Source of the DNA: Citromicrobium sp. | GTDB taxonomy: Bacteria; Pseudomonadota; Alphaproteobacteria; Sphingomonadales; Sphingomonadaceae | Length of the DNA stretch: 64,000 bases | NCBI GenBank assembly: GCA_002729695.1 | Contig: PBYQ01000035.1 | Span: 65,344 to 129,343, forward strand | Reading direction: 5' to 3' | In this document: piece by piece, positions 27,872-37,368 of the stretch | How positions within the stretch are numbered: the first letter of the stretch is position 1 | Layout of the letters: each line of letters starts with the position of its first letter | Notes under the pieces: model-generated | The model's database searches: none | Told to the model about the DNA's origin: nothing | The model's input: the letters and a program-made list of their open reading frames with translations, nothing else | Translations under genes and position numbers: made by a program

Positions 27872-29380
27872 TTACGCGCGCGGTGCCTGCCGCCGGTAGC
27901 TGAGCGCTTCGGCCACATGCACCCGGCCGACCTGCTCGGCTCCCGAAAGGTCGGCGATCGTTCGCGCGACGCGCAGCATGCGGACGTAGCCGCGCGCCGA
28001 GAGCCGCATCGCCTCAGCCGCCTGCATCAGCAGCGCGCGACCTGCCTCGTCGGGCGTGGCGAAGCGTTCGAGCAGGTCGCCGTCGAGCTCGGCATTGGTT
28101 CGCGTGCCGCTCTGCGCGCCGCGCTCGACCTGCACCGCGCGTGCCCGCGCGACCCGCGCGGCCACTTCGGCGCTTCCCTCGGCGGGCGGGGGCAGCGCGA
28201 GGGCGCTCGCGCTGACCGGCTCCACCTCCACATGCAGGTCGATCCGGTCGAGCATCGGCCCGCTGACCTTGCTCTGGTAATCGGCGGCGCACCTGGGCGC
28301 GCGGCTGCAGGCGAGCGAGGGATCGCCGAGGTGCCCGCAACGGCACGGGTTCATCGCCGCGATCAGCTGGACCCGCGCGGGGAAGCTGACATGCGCATTA
28401 GCCCGCGCGACATCGACCTTGCCCGTCTCCAACGGTTGCCGCAGGCTGTCGAGCACCGGGCGCTGGAATTCGGGCAGTTCGTCGAGGAACAGCACGCCCA
28501 GATGCGCGAGGCTGACCTCGCCGGGACGCACCTTCAGCCCGCCGCCGGTCAGTGCCGCCATGCTCGCCGAGTGGTGCGGCGCACGGAAGGGCCGCGCGCG
28601 GCTTATGCGCCCGCCTTCGAGCAGCCCGGCGATCGACTGGACCATGCTTACCTCCAGCGCCTCGGCTGGGGTAAGCGGTGGGAGAATGCCGGGAAGGCAC
28701 GCGGCGAGCAGGCTCTTGCCCGCACCCGGCGGTCCGCTCATCAGCAGGTTGTGACCGCCTGCGGCCGCGATCTCGAGCGCGCGCTTGGCGGTCTCCTGAC
28801 CTTTCACCTGTTTGAGATCGGGGCCGGGCGCACTCTCCTCGACGCTGCCGGGCTGCGGCGGGGCGAGTTGCTGCGTGCCTTTCAGATGGCCGAGCAGCGC
28901 GACGAGATCGGGTGCGGCCAGCACGGCGATTCCGCTCGCCCAGCGCGCCTCGGCACCCTGCGCGGCGGGGCAGATCAGCCCGCACTCCGCCTCGCTCGCG
29001 TGCATCGCGGCGAGCAGCACGCCGGGCGAGCCGACGATGCGTCCATCGAGCGCGAGTTCGCCCACCGCAACGAAGTCTGCCAGCTGTTCGCGGTCGGCCA
29101 CTCCCATCGCGGCGAGCAGCGCCAGCGCGATCGGCAGGTCGTAATGCGATCCTTCCTTGGGCAGGTCGGCGGGCGAGAGGTTGACCGTGATCCGCTTTGG
29201 CGGGAGCGCCAGCCCCATCGAGGCAAGCGCGGCCTGCACCCGCTCGCGGCTTTCGGCGACCGCCTTGTCGGGCAGGCCGACAACGGAAAAACGCGGGAGC
29301 CCGGCGGCAAGCTGGCACTGCACTTCGACGCTGCGCGCCTCGAGCCCGAGATAGGCGACCGTGCGGATCGTTGCGACCAA
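27872..29380 (-). CDS. comM: YifB/ComM family Mg-chelatase-like AAA ATPase
   Basis: TTG start at 29380, 7 nt after GGAGGG, giving (M)VATIRTVAYLGLEARSVEVQ. Walker A GPPGAGKS, followed by VLFLDELPEF. Confidence 0.9.
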   Translation of the reverse strand: MVATIRTVAYLGLEARSVEVQCQLAAGLPRFSVVGLPDKAVAESRERVQAALASMGLALPPKRITVNLSPADLPKEGSHYDLPIALALLAAMGVADREQLADFVAVGELALDGRIVGSPGVLLAAMHASEAECGLICPAAQGAEARWASGIAVLAAPDLVALLGHLKGTQQLAPPQPGSVEESAPGPDLKQVKGQETAKRALEIAAAGGHNLLMSGPPGAGKSLLAACLPGILPPLTPAEALEVSMVQSIAGLLEGGRISRARPFRAPHHSASMAALTGGGLKVRPGEVSLAHLGVLFLDELPEFQRPVLDSLRQPLETGKVDVARANAHVSFPARVQLIAAMNPCRCGHLGDPSLACSRAPRCAADYQSKVSGPMLDRIDLHVEVEPVSASALALPPPAEGSAEVAARVARARAVQVERGAQSGTRTNAELDGDLLERFATPDEAGRALLMQAAEAMRLSARGYVRMLRVARTIADLSGAEQVGRVHVAEALSYRRQAPRA

Positions 29381-29540
29381 GTGCAGGCCCTCCCCGTGTG
29401 CCCTCTGGCAAGGGTTTGCCGCCTCGCCCCCGGCTTGTCGAGCCCGCACAATTTCGCATGGCCTGCCCTGCCGCGGCCAGACGTTAGCTTCGCGGCAACC
29501 ATTCTCGCTCTCCGAATGGTAAGCCCTGCGCGGCAAAAGG

Positions 29541-30422
29541 TTGCCGGTGCGATGGCCAACCCCCCTTCTCCCCGCACTGATCGCGGTCCTCGGTCTGGCG
29601 CCTTCCCCCGCCCAGGCCGAGGACTGGGTTGTCCAGATCACCGAGACCGAAGAGTGGATCGACGAGAGCGACCCGCGCTTTTACGAGGAATATCCGGCTG
29701 ACGATTACCTCTACGCCGAGAATCTCGACTACGGCGCCACGCAATCGGACGGCGAGAGCGCAGGGCGTGCGATCACCTCTTTCCGGGCCAACACGCCCAA
29801 TGCGCTCGCCGCTTTCGGCCCCTTCCGCGTCGTCGAGCCCACCCGTGCGGTGCTGGTCGGGACCACCGATGCGGCCACTCCGGCCCAGTTTGCCGCGCTC
29901 CTGCAAACCTACCCGCAATTGCGCACGCTCGATCTGGTCGAGGCTCCGGGGACGGAGAACGATCGCGCGAACCTTGCGGTCGGGCGGATGATCCGCGAGG
30001 CGGGGCTGACCACGCGTGTGCCGCGCGGCGGTTCGGTTCGCTCGGGCGCGGTCGAGCTGTTCCTTGCCGGCGTGCGGCGCGAGGTGGAGGATGGCGCGCA
30101 GTTCGCGGTCCATTCGTGGCGCGACAACCATGGCCACGAGCCGAGCGATTTCGCAGCCGACGCGCCGGAGAACCGCACCTATCTGGATTATTACCGCGAG
30201 ATGGGCATGAGCGAGGGCGGTGCACGCAGCTTTTACGCGATGACCAATGCGGTGCCAAACGCCCGCGCGCGCTGGCTGGACGCGAGCGAGATGCGCAGGT
30301 GGCTAGCCCGAACCCTGCCGCAAGTCGCGAACGACAACGAGCCGCAGGCCGCGCCGCGCATCGCCTATCTCGACGTGACCTCGATTACCGCAGGACTTGA
30401 CGCGAACGGGAGCAACCCGTAA
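29541..30422 (+). CDS. Hypothetical secreted protein
   Basis: 293-aa ORF with signal-like PLLPALIAVLGLAPSPAQA. No recognised domain. The start is TTG 29541 or GTG 29547. Confidence 0.5.
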   Translation: MPVRWPTPLLPALIAVLGLAPSPAQAEDWVVQITETEEWIDESDPRFYEEYPADDYLYAENLDYGATQSDGESAGRAITSFRANTPNALAAFGPFRVVEPTRAVLVGTTDAATPAQFAALLQTYPQLRTLDLVEAPGTENDRANLAVGRMIREAGLTTRVPRGGSVRSGAVELFLAGVRREVEDGAQFAVHSWRDNHGHEPSDFAADAPENRTYLDYYREMGMSEGGARSFYAMTNAVPNARARWLDASEMRRWLARTLPQVANDNEPQAAPRIAYLDVTSITAGLDANGSNP

Positions 30423-30517
30423 TGGCGCGCGCTTGAAGTGCCGGCCCGACGGGTCGGAGATACCTCAGACCGATTCGCGCCGCGCGCGGTTGGTCGATCC
30501 AGTTTTTCGAGGGTAAC

Positions 30518-30652
30518 ATGAAGCGGACTTTCCAGCCCAGCAATCTCGTTCGTGCGCGCCGCCACGGTTTCTTCGCACGCAAGGCGACTACCGGTGGCCG
30601 CAAGGTTCTCGCCGCGCGCCGCAAGCGTGGCCGCAAGAAGCTCTGCGCCTAA
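30518..30652 (+). CDS. rpmH: 50S ribosomal protein L34
   Basis: Own translation: [44 protein letters not shown]. Below the ORF-track size cutoff. Confidence 0.95.
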   Translation: MKRTFQPSNLVRARRHGFFARKATTGGRKVLAARRKRGRKKLCA

Positions 30653-30739
30653 GCCACTCCGGCTGAGATGCGAGCGAGGGCCAACGTGCCTGACGCTCAA
30701 GCTTGCGGGCTCCCATTCGGGGGCCCGTTTGCCTATCTA

Positions 30740-31132
30740 ATGGTCATGACCCAGTCCGTCGGCCCCAGCAACGCGATCACCGCGCGCGGCGATTTTCTCG
30801 CCGCGAATCGCGGTTTGCGTGTGCCCATGCCGGGATTCGTGCTGCTGGTGCATCCCAATAATGGGCGTGGCACGCGCTACGGCATCACCGTGACCAAGAA
30901 GATCGGCAATGCCGTTGTCCGCAACCGGATGAAGCGGCGCTTTCGCGAACTGCTGTGGGCGCACCTGCCTGCCGAGGGACTGCCCGACCACGACCACGTG
31001 CTGATCGGGCGCGAGGGCGGGGTGGAGCGCGATTTCGCGCGACTTTCCGAGGAGCTCGCCAAGGCACTGGGCCGCGCAGCGCGCGGCGAAGGCCAGCGCG
31101 GACGGCCGCCCAGGAAGAGGCGCGCACGATGA
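30740..31132 (+). CDS. rnpA: Ribonuclease P protein component
   Basis: GITVTKKIGNAVVRNRMKRRFRE motif, in the canonical position after rpmH. The start is 30740 or 30746. Confidence 0.85.
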   Translation: MVMTQSVGPSNAITARGDFLAANRGLRVPMPGFVLLVHPNNGRGTRYGITVTKKIGNAVVRNRMKRRFRELLWAHLPAEGLPDHDHVLIGREGGVERDFARLSEELAKALGRAARGEGQRGRPPRKRRAR

Positions 31133-31347
31133 GGCCGGTCAAGCGCCTGATGGTCATCATGATCCGTGGCTGGCAGCTCGGGCCGAGCGTGATTCTGCCC
31201 TCCAGTTGCCGCTTCCAGCCCAGCTGCTCGCAATACGCCATCGAGGCGATCGAGAAATACGGGCCAATCAAGGGTGGATGGCTGGGCTTCAAGCGTATAA
31301 TGCGCTGCCATCCGTGGGGTGGGCACGGCCATGATCCCGTACCCTGA
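31129..31347 (+). CDS. yidD: Membrane protein insertion efficiency factor YidD
   Basis: Internal ATG at 31129 (ATGA overlap with rnpA): CRFQPSCSQYAIEAIEKYG...RCHPW. Confidence 0.9.
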   Translation: MRPVKRLMVIMIRGWQLGPSVILPSSCRFQPSCSQYAIEAIEKYGPIKGGWLGFKRIMRCHPWGGHGHDPVP

Positions 31348-31404
31348 GCCCACGCCCCGATCATCGTTTCCTTTCGCCTGAAGACTAAGCAGGACCGCAT
31401 TTCC

Positions 31405-33189
31405 TTGGACAACCAGCGTAATCTCATCCTCGCCGTGGTGCTGTGCGGCATCCTGATCCTCGGTTACGATGCCGGCATCAGCTATTTCTACCCGACCCCG
31501 CCCGATACCGAGCAGGTCAACCGGGCGACCACGCCCGAGCAGCGGCGCGCGGCGGAAATCCAGGAAAACAGCGATGCGGGACCGGCTGCGACTCGCAACG
31601 CGGTCGCGGTCGATCAGGCAGAGACGGCGGTAGACCTCGAACAGGCGCTTGCTTCGGGCAACCGCGTGCGGATCGATGCGCCGCGGGTCGAAGGGTCGAT
31701 CAATCTTGTCGGCGCACGGATCGACGATATCGAGCTGAAGGATCACCGCGCGACGGTCGACAAGGACAGCGGCCCGGTGCAGCTGTTCGCGCCTGCGGGC
31801 ACTCCGATCCAGTATTTCGCGCAATTCGGGTTCGTCGGCGACGGCACCCAGCTGCCCGACGCGAAGACCGTCTGGAAGGCGAGCGGCGATGTGCTTTCGC
31901 CTGACAGCCCGGTGGAATTGCAATGGGACAATGCGGAGGGCCAGCGCTTTCGCATCCGCCTGTCGATCGACGACAATTACATGATCACCGCCGACCAGAC
32001 CGTGGCCAATATGGGCGACGGTCCGGTCGTGATCTCTCCCTTCGCGACGATCACGCGCACCAGCACCACATCGAGCAAGAGCACCTGGATTTCGCATTCC
32101 GGCCCGATCGGCTCGTTCGGCGGCTCGGTCGATTACGGCCCGGACTACAAGGATGTCGTCGAGGACACGGCGATTTCGGGTGCTGCCGATCCTGCCTGGA
32201 TCGGCTTTACCGACGTATACTGGCTCGGCGCGATGATCCCGCAGAGCGGCGCCGGGCTCAGCACCGGTTTCCGCTCGCTCGGCAATGATCTGTTCCGCGC
32301 GGACATGATCTACAACCCGACCACGCTGCGCCCCGGCCGCCAGATCACCCGCACTTCGCGCGTGTTTGCGGGCGCGAAGGAAAGCGGCGTGCTCGATCTC
32401 TATCAGGATCAGGGCATTTCGCAGTTTGGCCTCGCGATCGACTGGGGCTGGTTCCGCTGGTTCGAAAAGCCGATCCTGTGGCTGCTGCGCCAGATCTTCT
32501 CGGTCGTCGGCAATTTCGGCGTCGCGATCATCCTGCTGACCTGCATCGTGCGCGGGCTGATGTTCCCGATCGCGCAGAAGGGCTTCGCCAGCATGGCGAG
32601 CATGAAGGCGATCCAGCCTGAAATGAAAAAGCTGCAGGAGAAGTACAAGGACGACAAGGTCCAGCAGCAGCAGGAAATGCAGAAGCTGTTCAAGGAGCGG
32701 GGCGTCAATCCTGTCGCCGGCTGCCTGCCGATGCTGCTGCAGATTCCGGTGTTCTTCGCACTGTACAAGGTGCTGATCCTCGCGATCGAGATGCGCCACC
32801 AGCCGTTCGTCTTCTGGATTAAGGACTTGTCCGCTCCCGATCCGGCGCACATCCTCAACCTGTTCGGCATGCTGCCGTTCGAGGTGCCCGGGATGCTTGC
32901 TCTCGGCCCGCTCGCCTTGCTGCTCGGCTGCACGATGTGGCTGACCTTCAAGCTCAACCCGGCGGCGATGGACCCGGTCCAGCAGCAGGTCTTCTCGATC
33001 ATGCCGTGGGTGCTGATGTTCGTGATGTCGCCCTTCGCGGCCGGGCTGCTGCTTTACTGGAACACGTCCAACCTGCTGACGCTGGCACAGCAGAAGTACC
33101 TCTATTCCAAGCATCCGCAGCTGCGTGAGGCGGCGGATCGGGAACGGGCGGAAAAGGCGGCCAAGGCCCAGTCGGAAAGCAAGGCGTGA
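31405..33189 (+). CDS. yidC: Membrane protein insertase YidC
   Basis: 594 aa with a TTG start: N-terminal TM helix, large periplasmic domain and conserved C-terminal 5-TM core. Confidence 0.95.
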   Translation: MDNQRNLILAVVLCGILILGYDAGISYFYPTPPDTEQVNRATTPEQRRAAEIQENSDAGPAATRNAVAVDQAETAVDLEQALASGNRVRIDAPRVEGSINLVGARIDDIELKDHRATVDKDSGPVQLFAPAGTPIQYFAQFGFVGDGTQLPDAKTVWKASGDVLSPDSPVELQWDNAEGQRFRIRLSIDDNYMITADQTVANMGDGPVVISPFATITRTSTTSSKSTWISHSGPIGSFGGSVDYGPDYKDVVEDTAISGAADPAWIGFTDVYWLGAMIPQSGAGLSTGFRSLGNDLFRADMIYNPTTLRPGRQITRTSRVFAGAKESGVLDLYQDQGISQFGLAIDWGWFRWFEKPILWLLRQIFSVVGNFGVAIILLTCIVRGLMFPIAQKGFASMASMKAIQPEMKKLQEKYKDDKVQQQQEMQKLFKERGVNPVAGCLPMLLQIPVFFALYKVLILAIEMRHQPFVFWIKDLSAPDPAHILNLFGMLPFEVPGMLALGPLALLLGCTMWLTFKLNPAAMDPVQQQVFSIMPWVLMFVMSPFAAGLLLYWNTSNLLTLAQQKYLYSKHPQLREAADRERAEKAAKAQSESKA

Positions 33190-33842
33190 GCGCTCCCGGC
33201 CCGGGCCCGCAAACGCCCGACGAAATCGCCGCCGCGCGCATGGTTTCGGGCCGGGTCGAGTTCCTGCTCTCGGCCCCGCAGCTGAAATTTCTGCCCGAGC
33301 CGACGGTGCCCGAAGTCGCCCTCGCCGGGCGCTCCAACGTCGGCAAGAGCTCGCTGCTGAACGCGCTGACGATGCGCCGTGGTATCGCGCGTGCTTCGGT
33401 GACGCCCGGACGGACGCAGGAACTGAACATCTTCGAAGTCGGCGCGCCGACGCAGTTCCGGCTGGTCGACATGCCCGGCTACGGCTTCGCCAAAGCGCCC
33501 AAGAGCGTGGTCGAGAAGTGGCAGGGGCTCGTGCGCACCTACCTGCGCGGGCGGCCCGTGCTGGCGCGCACGCTGGTGCTGGTCGACAGCCGCCATGGGC
33601 TCAAAGACAGCGACCGGGCGATGATGAAGATGCTCGACGAAGCGGCGGTCGGCTATCGCATCGTCCTGACCAAGAGCGACAAGATCAAGGCGAGCGCGCT
33701 GCAAGCGATGCACGAAAAGGTCGCAGCCGAAGCGAAGAAGCATCCTGCGGCCTACCCGGAAATCCACCTCACCAGTGCCGAAAAGGGACAGGGCATTGCT
33801 GCCCTGCGCGCCGCCGTGGTCGCGGACGCGCTGACGCCGTAG
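33186..33842 (+). CDS. engB: Ribosome biogenesis GTPase EngB/YihA
   Basis: G1 motif GRSNVGKSS, followed by DMPGYG and TKSDK. 4-nt overlap with yidC. Confidence 0.9.
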   Translation: MSAPGPGPQTPDEIAAARMVSGRVEFLLSAPQLKFLPEPTVPEVALAGRSNVGKSSLLNALTMRRGIARASVTPGRTQELNIFEVGAPTQFRLVDMPGYGFAKAPKSVVEKWQGLVRTYLRGRPVLARTLVLVDSRHGLKDSDRAMMKMLDEAAVGYRIVLTKSDKIKASALQAMHEKVAAEAKKHPAAYPEIHLTSAEKGQGIAALRAAVVADALTP

Positions 33843-33918
33843 GCTCGGCTTCGCTCGACAGCGCAGGGGCGGCGCTCTACCCGCTTGCCCGATCCAGGAT
33901 TACGCGGCCGGACACGAC

Positions 33919-34587
33919 ATGAAACTGATCATCGGTAACAAGAACTATTCGAGCTGGAGCCTTCGCGGCTGGCTGGCGTGCAAGCAGGCGGGCCTCTCCT
34001 TCGAGGAAATCCTGGTGCCCTTGTTCGGAGAGGACTGGGAAGCGATCAGGCGCGGCGAGGGCGATCTGACGCCGTCATCGGGCAAGGTGCCGATCCTGTG
34101 GGACGACGAGGCGGTCGTGTGGGACAGTCTCGCGATCCTCGAATATCTGGCCGACAAGGTCGGGCGCGACCGATTCTGGCCCAAGGATGACAGCGCCCGG
34201 GCGATGGCGCGCGCCATGGTTGCGGAGATGCACAGTTCGTACCTGTCGCTGCGCCGCGAATGCCCGATGAACATCCGCACGCGCCACCAGAACGTGAAGA
34301 TATCCGAAACCACCCGGCAGGACGTTGTCCGCATCCTCGGCCTGTGGGCAGAGGCGCGCGCGCGTTTCGGCAGCGGCGGGCCGTTCCTGTTCGGCACCTT
34401 CGGGGCGGCGGACATTTTCTACGCCCCCGTTGTCAGCCGCTTCATCACCTATGGCTTCGGCGTGCCGGGATTTGCGGAAAGCTACATGCAGGCGGTCTGG
34501 ACGCACGACTGGCTGCAACAGTGGATCGCCGCGGCCGAGGACGAGCAATGGGTGATCGAGCAGTACGAGAGCGTCGCCGCCAATTGA
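33919..34587 (+). CDS. Glutathione S-transferase family protein
   Basis: MKLIIGNKNYSSWSLRGWLACKQAGLSFEE...VPILWDDEAVVWDSLAILEYL. Confidence 0.85.
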   Translation: MKLIIGNKNYSSWSLRGWLACKQAGLSFEEILVPLFGEDWEAIRRGEGDLTPSSGKVPILWDDEAVVWDSLAILEYLADKVGRDRFWPKDDSARAMARAMVAEMHSSYLSLRRECPMNIRTRHQNVKISETTRQDVVRILGLWAEARARFGSGGPFLFGTFGAADIFYAPVVSRFITYGFGVPGFAESYMQAVWTHDWLQQWIAAAEDEQWVIEQYESVAAN

Positions 34588-35471
34588 TCTTGCGTCCGGT
34601 TACGAGGTTGTGCGCGGCCCTGGCGGCTTTTGCGCTGCTGCTGCCGACGGCGGCTCATGCTTGGGGCTATTACGCGCACGGGATCGCCGCAGAGATCGCG
34701 CAGGCGAACATCCGGCCTGAAACGCGCGCGAAGCTGGAGCAGCTGTTCGCCGCCGAGCCGCTGATCGGCACGCCCGACTGCCCGCTCGGCAATCTGGTGG
34801 AGGCGGCGACATGGCCCGATTGCATCCGACGCGAAGGTTGGCGCTGGGGCTATACCTCGGCGTGGCACTATCAGACCGAGCCGGTGACCGAAGACTACGA
34901 CGCGCGCAAGAACTGCACGGGCGGCAATTGCGTCAGCGCGCAGATAGAGCGGAACTTCCGCATTCTCGCCGACGAGCGCCTGCCTGCCAACGTCCGGCTG
35001 CAGGCGCTCGCCTTCGTGGTCCACTTCACCGGCGACATTCACATGCCGTTGCATTCGGGCGATCTGGACGACCGGGGCGGTAACGACCGCGAGGCCGCCT
35101 ATGGCATCGCGCCGGGGCTCAACCTCCACTGGATCTGGGACGGTCCGCTGGCCGAACGCGCGATCACCAGCGCGCGGCCCTCGCTGGTGCGCCACCACAC
35201 CGCCGCCGAGCGCGCCGAGCTGGCGGGCGGCACGCCTGCCGACTGGGGCCGCGAGAGCTGGGAGACCGCGCGCGATTTCATCTATCCTAACGCCTTCGAT
35301 CGCAGCCCGCTCAACGGACCGCTGCCCGATGAGACCGCGCTGACGCAGGAGGCTATCGAAGCTGCGATTCCGGTATCGCAGCGCCGGGTAACCCAGGCGG
35401 GCCTGCGGATTGCCGACCTGCTTGACCGCGCGATGGAGCCGGGACCGCTGCCTGAGCCCGCGGGCGATTAG
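34584..35471 (+). CDS. S1/P1-family nuclease (secreted)
   Basis: No in-frame ATG, so a TTG start is inferred at 34584 (alternatives 34590, 34608). Signal ...AAFALLLPTAAHAWG. Metal motifs HFTGDIHMPLHSGDLDDRGGN. Confidence 0.8.
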   Translation: MILRPVTRLCAALAAFALLLPTAAHAWGYYAHGIAAEIAQANIRPETRAKLEQLFAAEPLIGTPDCPLGNLVEAATWPDCIRREGWRWGYTSAWHYQTEPVTEDYDARKNCTGGNCVSAQIERNFRILADERLPANVRLQALAFVVHFTGDIHMPLHSGDLDDRGGNDREAAYGIAPGLNLHWIWDGPLAERAITSARPSLVRHHTAAERAELAGGTPADWGRESWETARDFIYPNAFDRSPLNGPLPDETALTQEAIEAAIPVSQRRVTQAGLRIADLLDRAMEPGPLPEPAGD

Positions 35472-35484
35472 GGCGTGCGCTTCG

Positions 35485-35500
35485 CTGCGTAGCGTGTGCC
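35485..35500 (+). repeat. Left direct repeat (candidate attL core) of the genomic island
   Basis: CTGCGTAGCGTGTGCC. This is 15/16 identical to 45967-45982 and in the same orientation. Confidence 0.65.
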
Positions 35501-35913
35501 CGGTCAACCGGGTTTCTGGCTGCGTGTTCGGATCCGGTCTCACTGCGATCAATGGCCTGAGAGTTTTAATCTATTTTCCAGTGGATTGACGCGCCTTCTA
35601 GCGGCATCCGAGCGGAAAAGTTTTCTCAAGATGGTTCCAAAGTCAGGGCTTAAAATCACGCTCTGTTCCGAAATGGGGACCAAATAGCCAACATGCATAT
35701 CCTACCATCCGTCGGACGCACGCAGCCACTTCCAACTGCTTGCTTGACCCTATCGAAGAATTGTTGAACTAGAAGCACATGCTCATAGCGAAACTGCCTG
35801 CACTGAATCGTTCCGCCTTTGGCGACGAGCGGTTTGGCGCGCGCAATTACCGCGCCCTGCTGCCCAATCAAAGCGCTGCGCCCTAGTTCGGTCACCACCC
35901 AGACAAAGGACGC

Positions 35914-35944
35914 AGCCCCGCCGAGAAATCGACGGGGCTTTTTT
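35914..35944 (+). terminator. Rho-independent terminator just upstream of hen1, with no annotated gene in front of it
   Basis: AGCCCCG-ccgagaaatcga-CGGGGCT followed by TTTTT(T). Confidence 0.55.
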
Positions 35945-35961
35945 GTACCCGGATAGAGAAA

Positions 35962-37368
35962 ATGCTTCTGACAATCTCCACCACTCACAGGCCTGCTACC
36001 GACCTCGGCTTCCTCCTGATGAAGCATCCGGAGAACGTCCATTCGGTCGACCTGCCGTTCGGATCAGCGACTCTGTTCTACCCAGAGGCCGGGGAGGATC
36101 GATGCACCGCCGCGATTACTCTGGAGGTCGATCCGGTCGCACTGGTCAGGGGCAAGGCAAGCATTGAGGATCAGTACGTCAACGACCGGCCTTATGCCGC
36201 GTCATCGCTACTGTCGGTCGCCCTTGGCCGCCTTCTCAATACCGCAATGGGCGGTCGATCGAAGCTGCGTCAAGAGCTTGCTGATACCGCGATCCCGCTT
36301 GAATGTTCTCTTACGCCTCTCCCGGCCAGGGGGTCGGCTGACCTTCTGGCGCGCATGTTCGAACCGTTGGGATACTCGGTCGAGGCAGAAGCAATTCTGC
36401 TCGATCCGGCGCATCCAGAGTGGGGGGCTAGCCCATACGTGTCGCTGAACATCAAAGGCACGGTAAGGATTCAGGACCTGCTTACGCACCTCTTCGTACT
36501 CATTCCGGTGCTGGACAATTCCAAGCACTATTACGTGGGCGAGGATGAGGTCAAAAAACTGCTGCAAAAGGGTGGCGAATGGCTTGAGGCTCATCCTGAA
36601 AAGGAACTCATCGTTCGTCGTTACCTGCTCGGGTTCCGGTCGCTCATGCGGTCAGCAACCGAGCAACTAGAGGAGCGGGTTGAAGCGGAAGAACCGGAGG
36701 AACACGCATCGCGCGATGCCGAGGAAGAAAAGATCGAAAAGCCGATCCGGCTCAACACGCAGCGCATGGATTATCTGGCGGACTTGATCCGTAAACTCGG
36801 GGCGTCGAGCGTACTCGATCTTGGTTGCGGAGAAGGCCGGCTGTTGCGCCAGCTTCTCACGATCAAGGGTCTCGACCGCATTGTGGGCGTGGAGGTCGCG
36901 CCGCGCGTTCTGGCAAAAGCAGGTGACCGGCTGAAGCTGGAGCACATGCCGGACATCAAGCGCAAGCGGATTGAGCTGATGCAAGGCTCGCTCGTGTACC
37001 GCGACGATCGACTGAAGGGTTTCGACGCGGCCGCCCTTGTGGAGGTTATCGAGCACATCGATGCAGAGAGGTTGCCAGCACTGGAAGCGGCCTTGTTCGG
37101 TCACGCGCGACCGGCAAACGTGATCGTGACCACTCCCAATAGCGAATACAACGTCCTTTTCGAAGGGATGGAGCCAGGCGCCATGCGGCATTCGGACCAT
37201 CGGTTCGAGTGGTCGCGTTCCGAATTCCACCATTGGGCGGAATCAGTTGCGAAGGCGTACGGCTACGAGGTCCGATACGAAGGCATTGGGAGCGAAGATC
37301 CAACTTATGGTCACCCGACACAGGTCGCCATCTTTTCACGCGTCGATGCGGTGAAGGAGGCGGCATGA
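35962..37368 (+). CDS. hen1: Bacterial Hen1, 3'-terminal RNA ribose 2'-O-methyltransferase
   Basis: N-terminal MLLTISTTHRPATDLGFLLMKHPENVHS...FYPEA (bacterial Hen1 N-domain). C-terminal SAM motif VLDLGCGEGRLL and EVIEHID. Confidence 0.9.
   Translation: MLLTISTTHRPATDLGFLLMKHPENVHSVDLPFGSATLFYPEAGEDRCTAAITLEVDPVALVRGKASIEDQYVNDRPYAASSLLSVALGRLLNTAMGGRSKLRQELADTAIPLECSLTPLPARGSADLLARMFEPLGYSVEAEAILLDPAHPEWGASPYVSLNIKGTVRIQDLLTHLFVLIPVLDNSKHYYVGEDEVKKLLQKGGEWLEAHPEKELIVRRYLLGFRSLMRSATEQLEERVEAEEPEEHASRDAEEEKIEKPIRLNTQRMDYLADLIRKLGASSVLDLGCGEGRLLRQLLTIKGLDRIVGVEVAPRVLAKAGDRLKLEHMPDIKRKRIELMQGSLVYRDDRLKGFDAAALVEVIEHIDAERLPALEAALFGHARPANVIVTTPNSEYNVLFEGMEPGAMRHSDHRFEWSRSEFHHWAESVAKAYGYEVRYEGIGSEDPTYGHPTQVAIFSRVDAVKEAA

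Noticed and set aside
25001-29701. Very long ORFs 25001..27427 (+, 808 aa) and 27536..29701 (+, 721 aa)
   Set aside because: They lie opposite the Ntn acylase and comM genes, which have clear family motifs. The plus-strand translations are R/A/G/P-rich with no motifs.
30877-33114. A 745-aa minus-strand ORF
   Set aside because: Antisense shadow of rnpA-yidD-yidC. The same reasoning applies to 7467..8882, 46300..48111, 53509..55428, 57803..59302, 10444..11829 and 59032..60309.
35656-36042. A 128-aa minus-strand ORF at the left end of the island
   Set aside because: It overlaps the hen1 start and the intrinsic terminator, has no recognisable motif and no Shine-Dalgarno sequence. I treat the region as non-coding or unknown instead.
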